Below, one piece after another: positions 20,741 to 30,315 of a stretch of DNA of 64,000 nt. Made by a program: the position numbers and the translations under genes. The notes below the pieces were generated by a model. The model searched no databases. It was not told the origin of the DNA and worked only from the letters and a program-made list of their open reading frames with translations. Numbering within the stretch: position 1 is the first letter of the stretch; each line of letters begins with the position of its first letter. Source of the DNA: Candidatus Altimarinota bacterium (lineage in GTDB: Bacteria; Patescibacteriota; Gracilibacteria; CAIRYL01); NCBI GenBank assembly GCA_965250085.1, contig OZ252287.1:480001-544000 (forward strand), written 5' to 3'.

Positions 20741-22132
20741 ATGAAAAAAAAATATCTTTCATTTTTGGGATTTTTCATTTTGCTGAGTTCCACAGTATTT
20801 GCTGACTTTAGTGATGTGAGTGATGACAATATATATAAAGATGCTATCGACTATGTACAAGAACAAGGGATTGTAGACGGTTATGTAGATGGGACGTATA
20901 AGCCAGAAAACACAATAAATCGTGCAGAATTTACAAAAATAGTCATTGAATCTCAATTCGCGGATGAGGTGATAGAATTGTGTATAGAAACAGAGACTGA
21001 GAAGGAGTGGTCATATGTATTTTTTCCAGATGTCCCCAAGAATGAGTGGTTCGGAAAATATATTTGTATTGCAAAAGCCCAAGGGATAATTGATGGATAC
21101 CCAGATGAAACATACAGACCGGAGCAAAATATTTCATTCGTAGAAGCCGCAAAAATCATTGTGAATATTTTTGAATTTGAAACGAGTGACGATGAAATTT
21201 GGTATAAGCCATTTGTAGAAAAATTGGGAGATACAAACGCCATTCCTCTTGCAATTGATAATTTTGAACACCTTGTTTCCAGAGGAGAAATGGCAGAAAT
21301 GATATACCGCCTCAAGGAAAATATTATAGACAAAACTTCTCACACCTATGCTTCTCTCTCTCAAGAGAAAAACATTATTTTTTGTGGAGGAATTAACGAA
21401 ATCAAGTGCCCCGAAGGATTTGTATGTGAATATGAAGATGAGACAACAGGCTCTTCAGGTATATGCAGAGAAGACACCCAGCTTGATCCTTCCTGCAATT
21501 TACTTCCTGATGCAGGCCCGTGTAAGGCAGCTATTTCTAAGTACTATTTTGATATAAGTAGAGACTCATGCACAGAATTCACTTGGGGGGGGTGTGAAGG
21601 AATTATTCCTTTTGAAACATTCGAAACATGTGAACAAATATGTGTAGAGTCACCAGAGCCAGAGCCGCTTGATCCGGCAAAATGTGACTTAATTCCAGAT
21701 GCAGGAGAATGCGATGACACTATTACCAAGTACTATTTTGATGGAGAATCTTCTTGTGGAAGTTTTACCTGGAGTGGATGTAATGGCACTGTCCCTTTTG
21801 AAAGTCAGGAAGAATGTGAAAACACCTGCTTACTTCCAGAAGAGTCTGTTGTCAAAGAGTTTAATATGGTAGCAAAGAAATGGGTGTTTGAACCCAATCA
21901 AATCATTGTGCAAAAAGGTGATCAGGTGCGCCTTACAATTATCAGTGTCGATGTGTCTCATGGTTTTGCGCTTCCGGATTTCGATATCAATGTAGAATTG
22001 AAGCCGGGAGAAAATGTTGTGGTCGAATTTATTGCGGATCAGGCAGGTGACTTTACCTTCTTCTGCTCTGTGTTTTGTGGATCTGGGCACAGCCATATGT
22101 CCGGTACGCTTACGGTAGAAGAGAAGCTGTAA
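20741..22132 (+). CDS. SLH-domain surface protein with two Kunitz/BPTI domains and a CuA-type cupredoxin
   Basis: Signal peptide; FSDV..GIVDGY..INRAEF (SLH); GPCKA..YYFD..F.WGGC (Kunitz); DVSHGF..CSVFCGSGHSHM (CuA). Confidence 0.85.
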   Translation: MKKKYLSFLGFFILLSSTVFADFSDVSDDNIYKDAIDYVQEQGIVDGYVDGTYKPENTINRAEFTKIVIESQFADEVIELCIETETEKEWSYVFFPDVPKNEWFGKYICIAKAQGIIDGYPDETYRPEQNISFVEAAKIIVNIFEFETSDDEIWYKPFVEKLGDTNAIPLAIDNFEHLVSRGEMAEMIYRLKENIIDKTSHTYASLSQEKNIIFCGGINEIKCPEGFVCEYEDETTGSSGICREDTQLDPSCNLLPDAGPCKAAISKYYFDISRDSCTEFTWGGCEGIIPFETFETCEQICVESPEPEPLDPAKCDLIPDAGECDDTITKYYFDGESSCGSFTWSGCNGTVPFESQEECENTCLLPEESVVKEFNMVAKKWVFEPNQIIVQKGDQVRLTIISVDVSHGFALPDFDINVELKPGENVVVEFIADQAGDFTFFCSVFCGSGHSHMSGTLTVEEKL

Positions 22133-22226
22133 AACTTCACCTCAAAGAAACAATATTTGCTTCAAAAGACTCAATTTTTTATCCATGTATTATGATTTGT
22201 GGTATGCCCTTTATTGTCTCTGAGAT

Positions 22227-22547
22227 ATGACAGATTTTGTGTTCGTGTATATTCCCACATCAAACCCTGAAGAAGCTGATCACATTGGACATGCTCTTTT
22301 GGAAAAAAGGTTGACGGCTTGTGTTAATACTTTTCCTCATATGCATTCTCAATATCTCTGGAAAGATAGTATTCAAAAAGAAAATGAGTCCGTGCTGATT
22401 GTAAAAACAAAAAGATCTCTATTGGAGAGAGTAAAAAATGAAGTTCAAAAGATACACAGCTATGAGTGCCCTTGCATTATTTGTATTCCTATAGAAAATA
22501 TAAACACTGCGTACAAAGACTTTTTAGAAAAAAATTTGGAAACATAA
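22227..22547 (+). CDS. cutA: Divalent-cation tolerance protein CutA
   Basis: LLEKRLTACVN, YLWKD and IHSYECPCI motifs. Confidence 0.9.
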   Translation: MTDFVFVYIPTSNPEEADHIGHALLEKRLTACVNTFPHMHSQYLWKDSIQKENESVLIVKTKRSLLERVKNEVQKIHSYECPCIICIPIENINTAYKDFLEKNLET

Positions 22548-22550
22548 GAT

Positions 22551-23585
22551 ATGACAGAAAAAAAAGATGTCACTGGCACTACTCTCTATTTTTCTGGGCC
22601 AGAAAGCTTTTTGCTCAGAGAGCATGTGCAAAAATATTTTGTTGCTTCTGAAAAGAAATATGGAGAATACAATGTCCTCAAAATGAATCCTGAAGAAAAA
22701 AAATTTGGCGAAATAAAAACAGAGCTCCTTTCCGTCCCATTTTTTAACACGGGAAAAAAAATTGTCTTTCTTGACCCATTTCCTTTGCCCTCTTCTGAAA
22801 AAATGAGTGAAGTGAAGAAAGAAAAATCTGAAAAAATTATTGAGCTCCTTAAAGGCATCCCTGAGGACATTGTGATCATTTGTGTTTCAGAACATCCGGA
22901 TAAGCGAACGAAGGCCTGGAAAGATCTCATAAAAATTGCCCAAAAAGACATTTCTCGGTCTTTTGAACCTTTGAACGAAAGGACTCTTACTCAATGGGTA
23001 TTGCAGCGGGTCTCTGCTAAAGAAGGAAAAATTCTTCCTGCAGCTGCAGAATACCTCTGGCAATATGCTGGAAAAAATTTGTGGGTGCTTGATCAGGAAG
23101 TGCAAAAACTCATCAATTTTTCAGAAGGGAAGCCAATTTCTGAGCGAGATATTGAGATTGTGTGTGATGTAAATTCTGAAACTATCGAATGGGCCCTTTC
23201 AAATGCTTTTTCCACTGGTCAGAGAAAGGAGGTGCTCAAAATATTTCATCGAATGATTGATGCAGGGCAGAGCGCTTATACTCTCCTTTTTCGTGATTTT
23301 GGTTCTCTCCTCAGGCAGTTGCTCCTGGTGAGGCAGGCTCTCGATACTCGCTCTTCTGCGAAAGACATAGGGATGAGTCCTTTTCTCTTTGGAAAAATGA
23401 AAAAAGTTGCGGAGCAGTTTTCACTCTCTCATCTCAAAAATATGCAAGATGGGCTCCTAAAAATAGATGAAGGGAGCAAGACCGGCTTGATCCCCACTTC
23501 CACTGGAAAAGAAGAGCTTCTCATATTTGCCTTAGAAAAATGGATTTATAAATTCTTCAGAAAAAATTTGACAAAAACATTTTAG
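22551..23585 (+). CDS. holA: DNA polymerase III delta subunit
   Basis: YFSGPESFL, PFF..KKIV, DKRTK and LDQEVQKL motifs. Confidence 0.85.
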   Translation: MTEKKDVTGTTLYFSGPESFLLREHVQKYFVASEKKYGEYNVLKMNPEEKKFGEIKTELLSVPFFNTGKKIVFLDPFPLPSSEKMSEVKKEKSEKIIELLKGIPEDIVIICVSEHPDKRTKAWKDLIKIAQKDISRSFEPLNERTLTQWVLQRVSAKEGKILPAAAEYLWQYAGKNLWVLDQEVQKLINFSEGKPISERDIEIVCDVNSETIEWALSNAFSTGQRKEVLKIFHRMIDAGQSAYTLLFRDFGSLLRQLLLVRQALDTRSSAKDIGMSPFLFGKMKKVAEQFSLSHLKNMQDGLLKIDEGSKTGLIPTSTGKEELLIFALEKWIYKFFRKNLTKTF

Positions 23586-23595
23586 AGACTACAAT
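23568..23595 (+). promoter_or_regulatory. Sigma70-type promoter for the argGH leader
   Basis: TTGACA-N16-TACAAT. Confidence 0.65.
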
Positions 23596-23619
23596 TCAGA
23601 GTGTATTAAGAAATGAGCA

Positions 23620-23746
23620 ATGAATTACTTGAAAAACAACACGGGATGCGATCGGCGAGAAGCTTCTAAATGGAAGCTCCGTTGATGCTGCACTAAAATT
23701 TTACTTCTGCACTTCGTATAGCTTCTGATCTTTCGGAAGTTTTTTT
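23620..23746 (+). promoter_or_regulatory. Attenuator 1: leader peptide MNYLKNNTGCDRREASKWKLR* plus terminator
   Basis: ORF 23620-23685; GGAAGCT (23672-78) can pair with AGCTTC (23661-66) or AGCTTCT (23720-26); terminator GCTTCTGA-TCTT-TCGGAAGT plus U-tract. Confidence 0.65.
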
Positions 23747-23771
23747 ATTTTTATAAAAATTTTAATTTCAT

Positions 23772-23899
23772 ATGTCTCTCAATCTTGCATCACGACCGCA
23801 GTTTCGACAATTCTGGTATTTTCAGAAGTTCCGGTGACGCATCTATAAATTTTTTACATGCATTCAAAGACTTCTGAATAAATTCCAGGAGTCTTTTTT
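23772..23899 (+). promoter_or_regulatory. Attenuator 2: leader peptide MSLNLASRPQFRQFWYFQKFR* plus terminator
   Basis: ORF 23772-23837; CAGAAGT can pair with TTCTG (23811) or ACTTCTG (23870); terminator AAAGACTTCTG..CAGGAGTCTTT plus U-tract. Confidence 0.7.
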
Positions 23900-23918
23900 A
23901 TTTTTTTATTTTTTTGTC

Positions 23919-25181
23919 ATGAAATCACAAACAACATATCTCAAAATAGCTGATTATGAAGCTAAAAAAGGAGAAGTCAAAACTGTTGCGCTTCTCTACT
24001 CGGGAGGTCTTGATACCTCCATTATCGTCAAGTGGCTGCAAGACGAGTATAAGGTTGATGTATACTGCGTCACATTTGATATTGGTCAAACCGCTGATGA
24101 CCTAGAAGCAATTAAACAAAAAGCCATGAGGCTTGGAGCAAAAGATTGCATCATTGTTGATCATAAAGAAGATTTTGCTAATGGAGTTCTTACGCAAGCC
24201 ATCAAAGCAAATGCTAAGTATCAAAGTGACTATTACCTCTCTTGCCCGCTTGGTCGTGCTAGCATTTCAAAGAAAATGGCTGAAATTTCTAAAAATCTGA
24301 AAGTTGATGCCATTGCACATGGTTGTACCGGCAAGGGAAATGACCAAGCACGCTTTGAGAGTTATCTTCTTGCTTTTCTTCCAAACGTGAAGATTATTGC
24401 CCCTGTCCGCGAATGGTCCATGGGACGTGACGAGCAACTCCAATATGCAAAACAACATGGTATTGATATCGTGCAAAGTGAGACAAAAATTTACTCATAT
24501 GATGAAAATATGTGGGGGAACTGTATAGAAGGCGGTGAAACTGAAGAACTCAATCAAATCCCTCCACTTGATAATATGCTGAGAATTTGTAACACGATTG
24601 AGAACACACCCTGCACTGCGGAATTTGTAAAAATACAATTCAAAAAAGGTGTTCCCATTGCTCTTGATGGAAAAAAAATGGAGCTTTCAGAAATCATCAT
24701 GCAACTTCTCGGCATTGGTGGAAAACATGGCGTGGGGGTACATCATTGTATAGAGGATCGTCTTGTGGGACTCAAGGTACGTGAAGTATATGAGCAGCCT
24801 GCTGCCGAAATACTCGTGAAAGCTCATAAAAGCCTCGAGCAATTGGTCTGTACCCGTGAAGAAAATGAATTCAAAGAAAGTATTGATCAAAAATGGGCAT
24901 ATATGACATACCTCGCACTCTATTATCACCCACTCATGGGCCATTTGAATGCTTATATTGAGAGTGTGAATGAAAAAGTAACTGGTGATGTAACCGTCAA
25001 AATTTTGAAAGGCACATGTGAAGTGGTCTCTCTAGATTCACCACATTCGCTGTTTGATAAAAATCTTTCTACCTTTCTCAAAAACGACGCCTTTAATCAG
25101 AATTGTTCTGCCGGATTTATTTCTATTTACAGCGGGCAAATGAGACTTGCACATCAGGTACAACAAAAAAATAATACATAA
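23919..25181 (+). CDS. argG: Argininosuccinate synthase
   Basis: LYSGGLDTS, HGCTGKGNDQ and EDRLVGLK motifs. Confidence 0.96.
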   Translation: MKSQTTYLKIADYEAKKGEVKTVALLYSGGLDTSIIVKWLQDEYKVDVYCVTFDIGQTADDLEAIKQKAMRLGAKDCIIVDHKEDFANGVLTQAIKANAKYQSDYYLSCPLGRASISKKMAEISKNLKVDAIAHGCTGKGNDQARFESYLLAFLPNVKIIAPVREWSMGRDEQLQYAKQHGIDIVQSETKIYSYDENMWGNCIEGGETEELNQIPPLDNMLRICNTIENTPCTAEFVKIQFKKGVPIALDGKKMELSEIIMQLLGIGGKHGVGVHHCIEDRLVGLKVREVYEQPAAEILVKAHKSLEQLVCTREENEFKESIDQKWAYMTYLALYYHPLMGHLNAYIESVNEKVTGDVTVKILKGTCEVVSLDSPHSLFDKNLSTFLKNDAFNQNCSAGFISIYSGQMRLAHQVQQKNNT

Positions 25182-25202
25182 TCTTTCTTTTTCTTTCTTT
25201 CT

Positions 25203-26495
25203 ATGACAAAACTCTGGAAAAAACCATCTTCTGGAAAAATACATCCTTTTTTTCAGAAATACACCACCGGCACTGATAATATTTTTGATATCAAACTCTT
25301 TCCGTTCGATATTCAAGCAAGCATTGTGCATATCAAAATGCTCCAAAAAATTGGAATTCTCACAAAACCAGAGCTGAGCAAATTGTTGCAAGGATTTGAA
25401 AAATTAAAGAAGAAATACACTGATGGAAAAATAAAAATACGTTTTGAGGACGAAGATTGTCATACTGTGATCGAAAATGAAATGATCGCATTGTGCGGGG
25501 ATACTGCAAAAAAAATTCACACGGGAAGGAGTCGAAATGATCAAGTTTTGGTTGCAATACGCTTGTATACACTCTCAGAATTGCAAAAAATTCAAAAACA
25601 GTTGAAGCAGGTTCTTACCCATTTTCTGGATTTTGCCGAGCAGTATCAAAAAATTCCTTTCCCTGGATATTCACATACCCGCCAGGCGATGCTTTCGAGC
25701 ATAGATCATTACATTTTAGGGTATATCGATCTGCTTCTGAGTGATTTTGAATATCTCAATTTTGCAATATCTCAGACAAGTAAGAATCCCTTAGGAACTG
25801 GAGCAGGATACGGAAGTTCTTTTGCGCTGGATCGAGAGATGACGACAGAAGAACTGGATTTCAGCAAGACTCAAATAAACTCATTAGCCCCTCAGCTCAG
25901 TCGCGGGAAGTGTGAGCTATGTACTCTGGATGCCCTTGTTCAGCTCATAGTTACACTTGGAAAATTTTCACAAGATATCATTTTCTTCACTTCCGAAGAA
26001 ACCAGCTATTTCACTCTCAGTGATATCATCACAACTGGCTCTAGTATGATGCCGCAAAAAAGAAATCCTGATGGATTTGAAATCCTGCGTGGATATGTGA
26101 ATGTCATTATGGGCAATCAGCATACTATTCAGGGAATTTGCAAAAATTCTTTCACTGGATACAATCGTGATTTTCAATTGATAAAAAAACCACTTTTTGA
26201 ATCCTTGGATATAGTGCAGGACAGTCTAAAGTTTCTATTCATGGCATTAAAAAATATCGTTCCGAATCAGGAAAAAATTGAGGAAAAAATTGATAGAGGT
26301 ATTTTTTCAGTTGATATTGCTAACACTTTAGTTCAAAAAAAAGGTATTCCTTTTCGAGATGCATATCATCTCGCCATGAAGCAACTTGGGGAACACAAAG
26401 CAGACCTTCAGGAAAATATTGCTTCAAAGATAAGTCTGGGAGCACCTGGAAACACACAGCTTAAATGGTATAAAAATAAAATAAAAAATCTTTAG
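25203..26495 (+). CDS. argH: Argininosuccinate lyase
   Basis: HTGRSRNDQ, GSSMMPQKRNPD and GIPFRDAY motifs. Confidence 0.95.
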   Translation: MTKLWKKPSSGKIHPFFQKYTTGTDNIFDIKLFPFDIQASIVHIKMLQKIGILTKPELSKLLQGFEKLKKKYTDGKIKIRFEDEDCHTVIENEMIALCGDTAKKIHTGRSRNDQVLVAIRLYTLSELQKIQKQLKQVLTHFLDFAEQYQKIPFPGYSHTRQAMLSSIDHYILGYIDLLLSDFEYLNFAISQTSKNPLGTGAGYGSSFALDREMTTEELDFSKTQINSLAPQLSRGKCELCTLDALVQLIVTLGKFSQDIIFFTSEETSYFTLSDIITTGSSMMPQKRNPDGFEILRGYVNVIMGNQHTIQGICKNSFTGYNRDFQLIKKPLFESLDIVQDSLKFLFMALKNIVPNQEKIEEKIDRGIFSVDIANTLVQKKGIPFRDAYHLAMKQLGEHKADLQENIASKISLGAPGNTQLKWYKNKIKNL

Positions 26496-26555
26496 ATAAA
26501 AATAGTAGCGAGGCATCGAAATCTGTCTCTATCAAAAAACGAAAACAAAAAGTAT

Positions 26556-27929
26556 TTATATTTCTGTAAACAAGGCTTCCATTGTTTTGAGTCCAAAATC
26601 CCCTGCCCAGTCAGCAGAAGCATCAACTATCAATTGGTGTTTTTGCTGAAGTGCTATGACCGCTTCTCGGGTCAGTTCCCCATAAAATCCAGTGCTGAGT
26701 CCTTCTCTGAGATACCCTTTCGCGATGAGTTCCTGTTGCATCATTGCTATCTCATTCCCTTCGTCTCCGATGGTAAATTTTTCTGCCTCTACGAGTATTT
26801 CTTCAAATACTTTCTTTTTCAGAATATTTCCAAAAACAAGTTTTGGGCTGTCTTTTTTTGTTTGCCCTTCAGACGGTGCTGCATGTACCGTTTCAATTTT
26901 TTGAGAGAGTTTTTCCTGGAGCGCTGCATTTGTTTTGGGGCCAAACACTCCCGCTCCATAATCAGTAATTTCTACAACAATATCTCCTGATTTTTGGAAC
27001 TCAAAAACAGCTTCCTGAGTAATATTCCCAAAGTTTCCAGTTATTGCTTCATCAAAAAATCCAAGTTTTTTGAGATGTGTCTGCAGAGATTTGACCTCAT
27101 CTCCTGTGTCTCCCAGAGAAAGAGAAGCAAATGATGGGCTCTGTTTTTTCGGAGAAATAAATTCTGTTTGTAGTGCTTTTTCAAGTGCACTGCGTGTTTG
27201 GGGACCAAATATTCCTGCACCCCATTCTTTTTCGGAGGCAACAATGCCCATGCGTCTTTGAAATTGAAAAACTGCTTTTTTGGTAAACTGTCCAAACTCT
27301 CCTGTTTCTGTTGTATCAAAAAACCCAAGTTTCTTCAGATTTTTCTGAAGCTCGCGAACATCATCTCCTTTGCTTCCTAAGAACATGGTTCTTTGCGTAT
27401 TAGGAGCAAGCTTTTGAATATTTGTTGGATTGGCCCAAACGTCATCTATAGAGAGTTCTTCTGACACTTGAGTATCATAATATATGGTTCCTTCCACTGT
27501 ACGCATTCCCCATTGCAATGCTCGTGCGAGTCCTTCTTCTCCTCTTCCCATCCAGACATCAATGCGATGATAATTGGCTCCCTCTATAATAGCTCCGCCC
27601 CTGTCATGCACGGTTCCAATACCAAGTCCAGGGACCTCTATCTTGGTTCCAAACGGATAACTCTTTGGAGCCGCCAGCATCCCTACATATACAGCAGTCC
27701 CGTCTGCTCCATTGGTTCCTCGTCCATTCAGACGAATCTCTGCTTCATAATTCCCACGCAAATATCGGGATTGCCCGGGTAATGGAGAGTAATACGCGGA
27801 AACAAGAAATGTTTGCTTTCTCCCAGCCGCATGTGCTGTGTGAGAAGCAGTCGGAAACAATACGCCAAAACTCAACACTGTGACGCAGAGGAAGGCAAAA
27901 AGTTTTTGAATTTTTATAAATTGAAACAT
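26556..27929 (-). CDS. 3D-domain protein with multiple peptidoglycan-binding domains
   Basis: SAYYSP, AAPKSYPFGT..DRGGAI..IDVWMG; three G.FG..T..AV..FQ-type repeats. Confidence 0.85.
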   Translation of the reverse strand: MFQFIKIQKLFAFLCVTVLSFGVLFPTASHTAHAAGRKQTFLVSAYYSPLPGQSRYLRGNYEAEIRLNGRGTNGADGTAVYVGMLAAPKSYPFGTKIEVPGLGIGTVHDRGGAIIEGANYHRIDVWMGRGEEGLARALQWGMRTVEGTIYYDTQVSEELSIDDVWANPTNIQKLAPNTQRTMFLGSKGDDVRELQKNLKKLGFFDTTETGEFGQFTKKAVFQFQRRMGIVASEKEWGAGIFGPQTRSALEKALQTEFISPKKQSPSFASLSLGDTGDEVKSLQTHLKKLGFFDEAITGNFGNITQEAVFEFQKSGDIVVEITDYGAGVFGPKTNAALQEKLSQKIETVHAAPSEGQTKKDSPKLVFGNILKKKVFEEILVEAEKFTIGDEGNEIAMMQQELIAKGYLREGLSTGFYGELTREAVIALQQKHQLIVDASADWAGDFGLKTMEALFTEI

Positions 27930-28012
27930 TTGTATTTGAATATTTGTTTGAAAATTGAAAATTAGAATTTATTTAAAAATTAGAAATTGAGAATTAAAAA
28001 TTTATTGCTCTC

Positions 28013-30298
28013 TTATGTGATTTGATCTTCAGGATTCTGAGGGTCACTAATACCTTGTACTGACTGCAATTGGCTCAGGAGTTCATTTTGTCTCGCTACT
28101 TCCATAAATTGAGCTTCTTCGGTTTCTCCAAGACCACGAATAATCCTTTGAGCAACTTCTTCTCTTGAATTCGCATCATAATCCACAAGGATATCTGCAA
28201 GCTTGTTGACTCCTTCTGGAGTCGTCACATTCACATTTTCTCTAAATGTAGTGTCACCGAGTTTTGCCAGTTGCCCGGAAGCATCCAAAGACATATCAAT
28301 ATTTGTGGGACCACTCTGAAGCGCTCCAGCAGCAGCTCCACCAGACAGCAAATTTCTTGCATTCCCAGTCAAAAGACCAGCTTGTCGACTGTTAATTTCA
28401 GTCGCCATAAGTTTGAGCTGATCTTGAGTCGGTCTTCCGGTAATTCCTACTTTTTTAAATATTTCTGGATGCTTTCCTTCCAAAGCAGTGATCGCTTGGT
28501 CAATATTTCCACTCTTCATGGCTGTATTTATTTTGCTGGCATGATCTTTTGCCAGATTCAGATCTGCATCATATACTCGATTGATCCTCTGTGTGGCATC
28601 TGGTCGTTTTGTTCCTAAATCATCCAATTGCTGTTCTACGCCAGAGGAAAGATTCCCACGGGCTCTATCAAACATCCTTGGCAGAGCTGCTAAGGACAAA
28701 TGTGTGCGTCCTTCTTGGTCATTAGCGTCTTGGGTTGCTACTGGTATAAACTGACCATAGAGTGGGAGCTTCGCTACAAATCCTCCTACGGATTTGACCT
28801 TATCTGTTATTGTTCCCACAAAGTCTCCCAGATGCTTGGCGGTATCTTTGGCAATAGAGACGCTTGACCAAAGCACTGCAACCGCCAGGATATACCACAG
28901 GAGTTCATGTATCGTATTCACTCCGTTGATAATTTCTGTTTCAAAAAATACGCCTTCCGGTCCCACCTTTCCGGACACTGACTTCCCTGCTCTTATCAAA
29001 ATAAATCCAATAGTGAGGGGAAGTCCCATCAAGGCTGGCAAAAAAGCATATTTGAGGAATGGTTTGAACCCAATACCTTGCTCTTCACCAAACGATTGAT
29101 CCAGTCCAAAGTCTTTGATCACAAAGAGGAGTGCTGCCAATGGAGAAAAAATAATATTGATCCAGATGATCACAATACGCTCCAGTAAAACAATAAGCAT
29201 CACCACAAAAGCAATAATAATCACAACCATCATTATGAGCGCTACTGCCGAGCTGATAATTAAGTCTTCGATATCCACATCCGAAAGATCACTTTGTATG
29301 GATCGGGGCAGATTTTGAATCTCCATAACCTGATAGGCAAAAAGAGAAGCAAATGAATTACTCTGAAATTTTTCCCATTTAAAATCCCCCCACACCACCA
29401 CAAACTTTCCCGTATCTTGCACATACCGTATTTGTTCGTTGTTTTCCTTTATTTTAATAAATTCTAGAAACTTCTCCAGATTCTTTTCTTCGAGTCCAAG
29501 AAGTTCTGCATACTGATCTTTTCCCATACTTTCGAGTGTTTCTTTGGAAAGAATTTTTGCCTTGTCATTATCTTTTTCTGACTGCCCTGTTAACTCTGTT
29601 TCTGAAAGAGCACAAACTTCCGTTTCTGGCTCTGTTTCTACTTCGCTGACAATTGTTTTTGGCAGAGCAAAGACCACATGCGTCACGACATTGGCTGCGT
29701 CCAAAATCACTGTTGCCGCAAACCACGTAAAATTAACCGCTACAACTGCAAAAATAAATTTAGGAAGCATCTTTTTGATCTGGAAATTTTCATTATCCGG
29801 CGTTGCCGCTCCAAACACACTCATAAAACCAATCGCCAGAAGTACAATGATAAACATGTAATTTACCAAGTCTCGCATGATCAGCCATACTGAATGCAGG
29901 AGTTCGCGAAATTCTTTTATCTCACTCCCCGGATTGGAACTGAGATTCCCAAATATGGCATCATTACTCATGAGTTTCTCTACATACTCTGCCAAAAATG
30001 CGACCACTGGAGTAAAAAGTCCCACCAGCATAGATGCTGTCTTTCCAAAATTTATTTTTTGATCTGCAATGTTCGGAGTGACTGTGTCATCAGAGACACT
30101 TGTTCCATTTTTGACAAAAACAGCCAGAGGATAACATTGTGATGTGTCCTCCTGACTCACGTCTTCTGGAGGAGTGAGATCAAGATTGGATATTCCCACA
30201 ATTCCTTGAGCACTGGCAATATTTCCAAATACAAAGATACTCAGGAGAGCACAGACTATTGTTTTTTTAAAGCCGAAGAGTGAGAAAATACGTTTCAC
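28013..30298 (-). CDS. Multi-TM VirB6/TrbL-like membrane protein (CPR type)
   Basis: WLIMRDLVN..KKMLPK..VNFT and ERIVIIWI..IFSPLA patterns. Confidence 0.65.
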   Translation of the reverse strand: MKRIFSLFGFKKTIVCALLSIFVFGNIASAQGIVGISNLDLTPPEDVSQEDTSQCYPLAVFVKNGTSVSDDTVTPNIADQKINFGKTASMLVGLFTPVVAFLAEYVEKLMSNDAIFGNLSSNPGSEIKEFRELLHSVWLIMRDLVNYMFIIVLLAIGFMSVFGAATPDNENFQIKKMLPKFIFAVVAVNFTWFAATVILDAANVVTHVVFALPKTIVSEVETEPETEVCALSETELTGQSEKDNDKAKILSKETLESMGKDQYAELLGLEEKNLEKFLEFIKIKENNEQIRYVQDTGKFVVVWGDFKWEKFQSNSFASLFAYQVMEIQNLPRSIQSDLSDVDIEDLIISSAVALIMMVVIIIAFVVMLIVLLERIVIIWINIIFSPLAALLFVIKDFGLDQSFGEEQGIGFKPFLKYAFLPALMGLPLTIGFILIRAGKSVSGKVGPEGVFFETEIINGVNTIHELLWYILAVAVLWSSVSIAKDTAKHLGDFVGTITDKVKSVGGFVAKLPLYGQFIPVATQDANDQEGRTHLSLAALPRMFDRARGNLSSGVEQQLDDLGTKRPDATQRINRVYDADLNLAKDHASKINTAMKSGNIDQAITALEGKHPEIFKKVGITGRPTQDQLKLMATEINSRQAGLLTGNARNLLSGGAAAGALQSGPTNIDMSLDASGQLAKLGDTTFRENVNVTTPEGVNKLADILVDYDANSREEVAQRIIRGLGETEEAQFMEVARQNELLSQLQSVQGISDPQNPEDQIT

Positions 30299-30315
30299 GT
30301 GTGGAATAAGTTTTT

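Noticed and set aside
23613-23669. Alternative leader ORF MSNELLEKQHGMRSARSF*
   Set aside because: Not excluded, since it has two Arg codons, but the 23620 frame matches the second leader in length, Arg12 and K-x-R-TGA end
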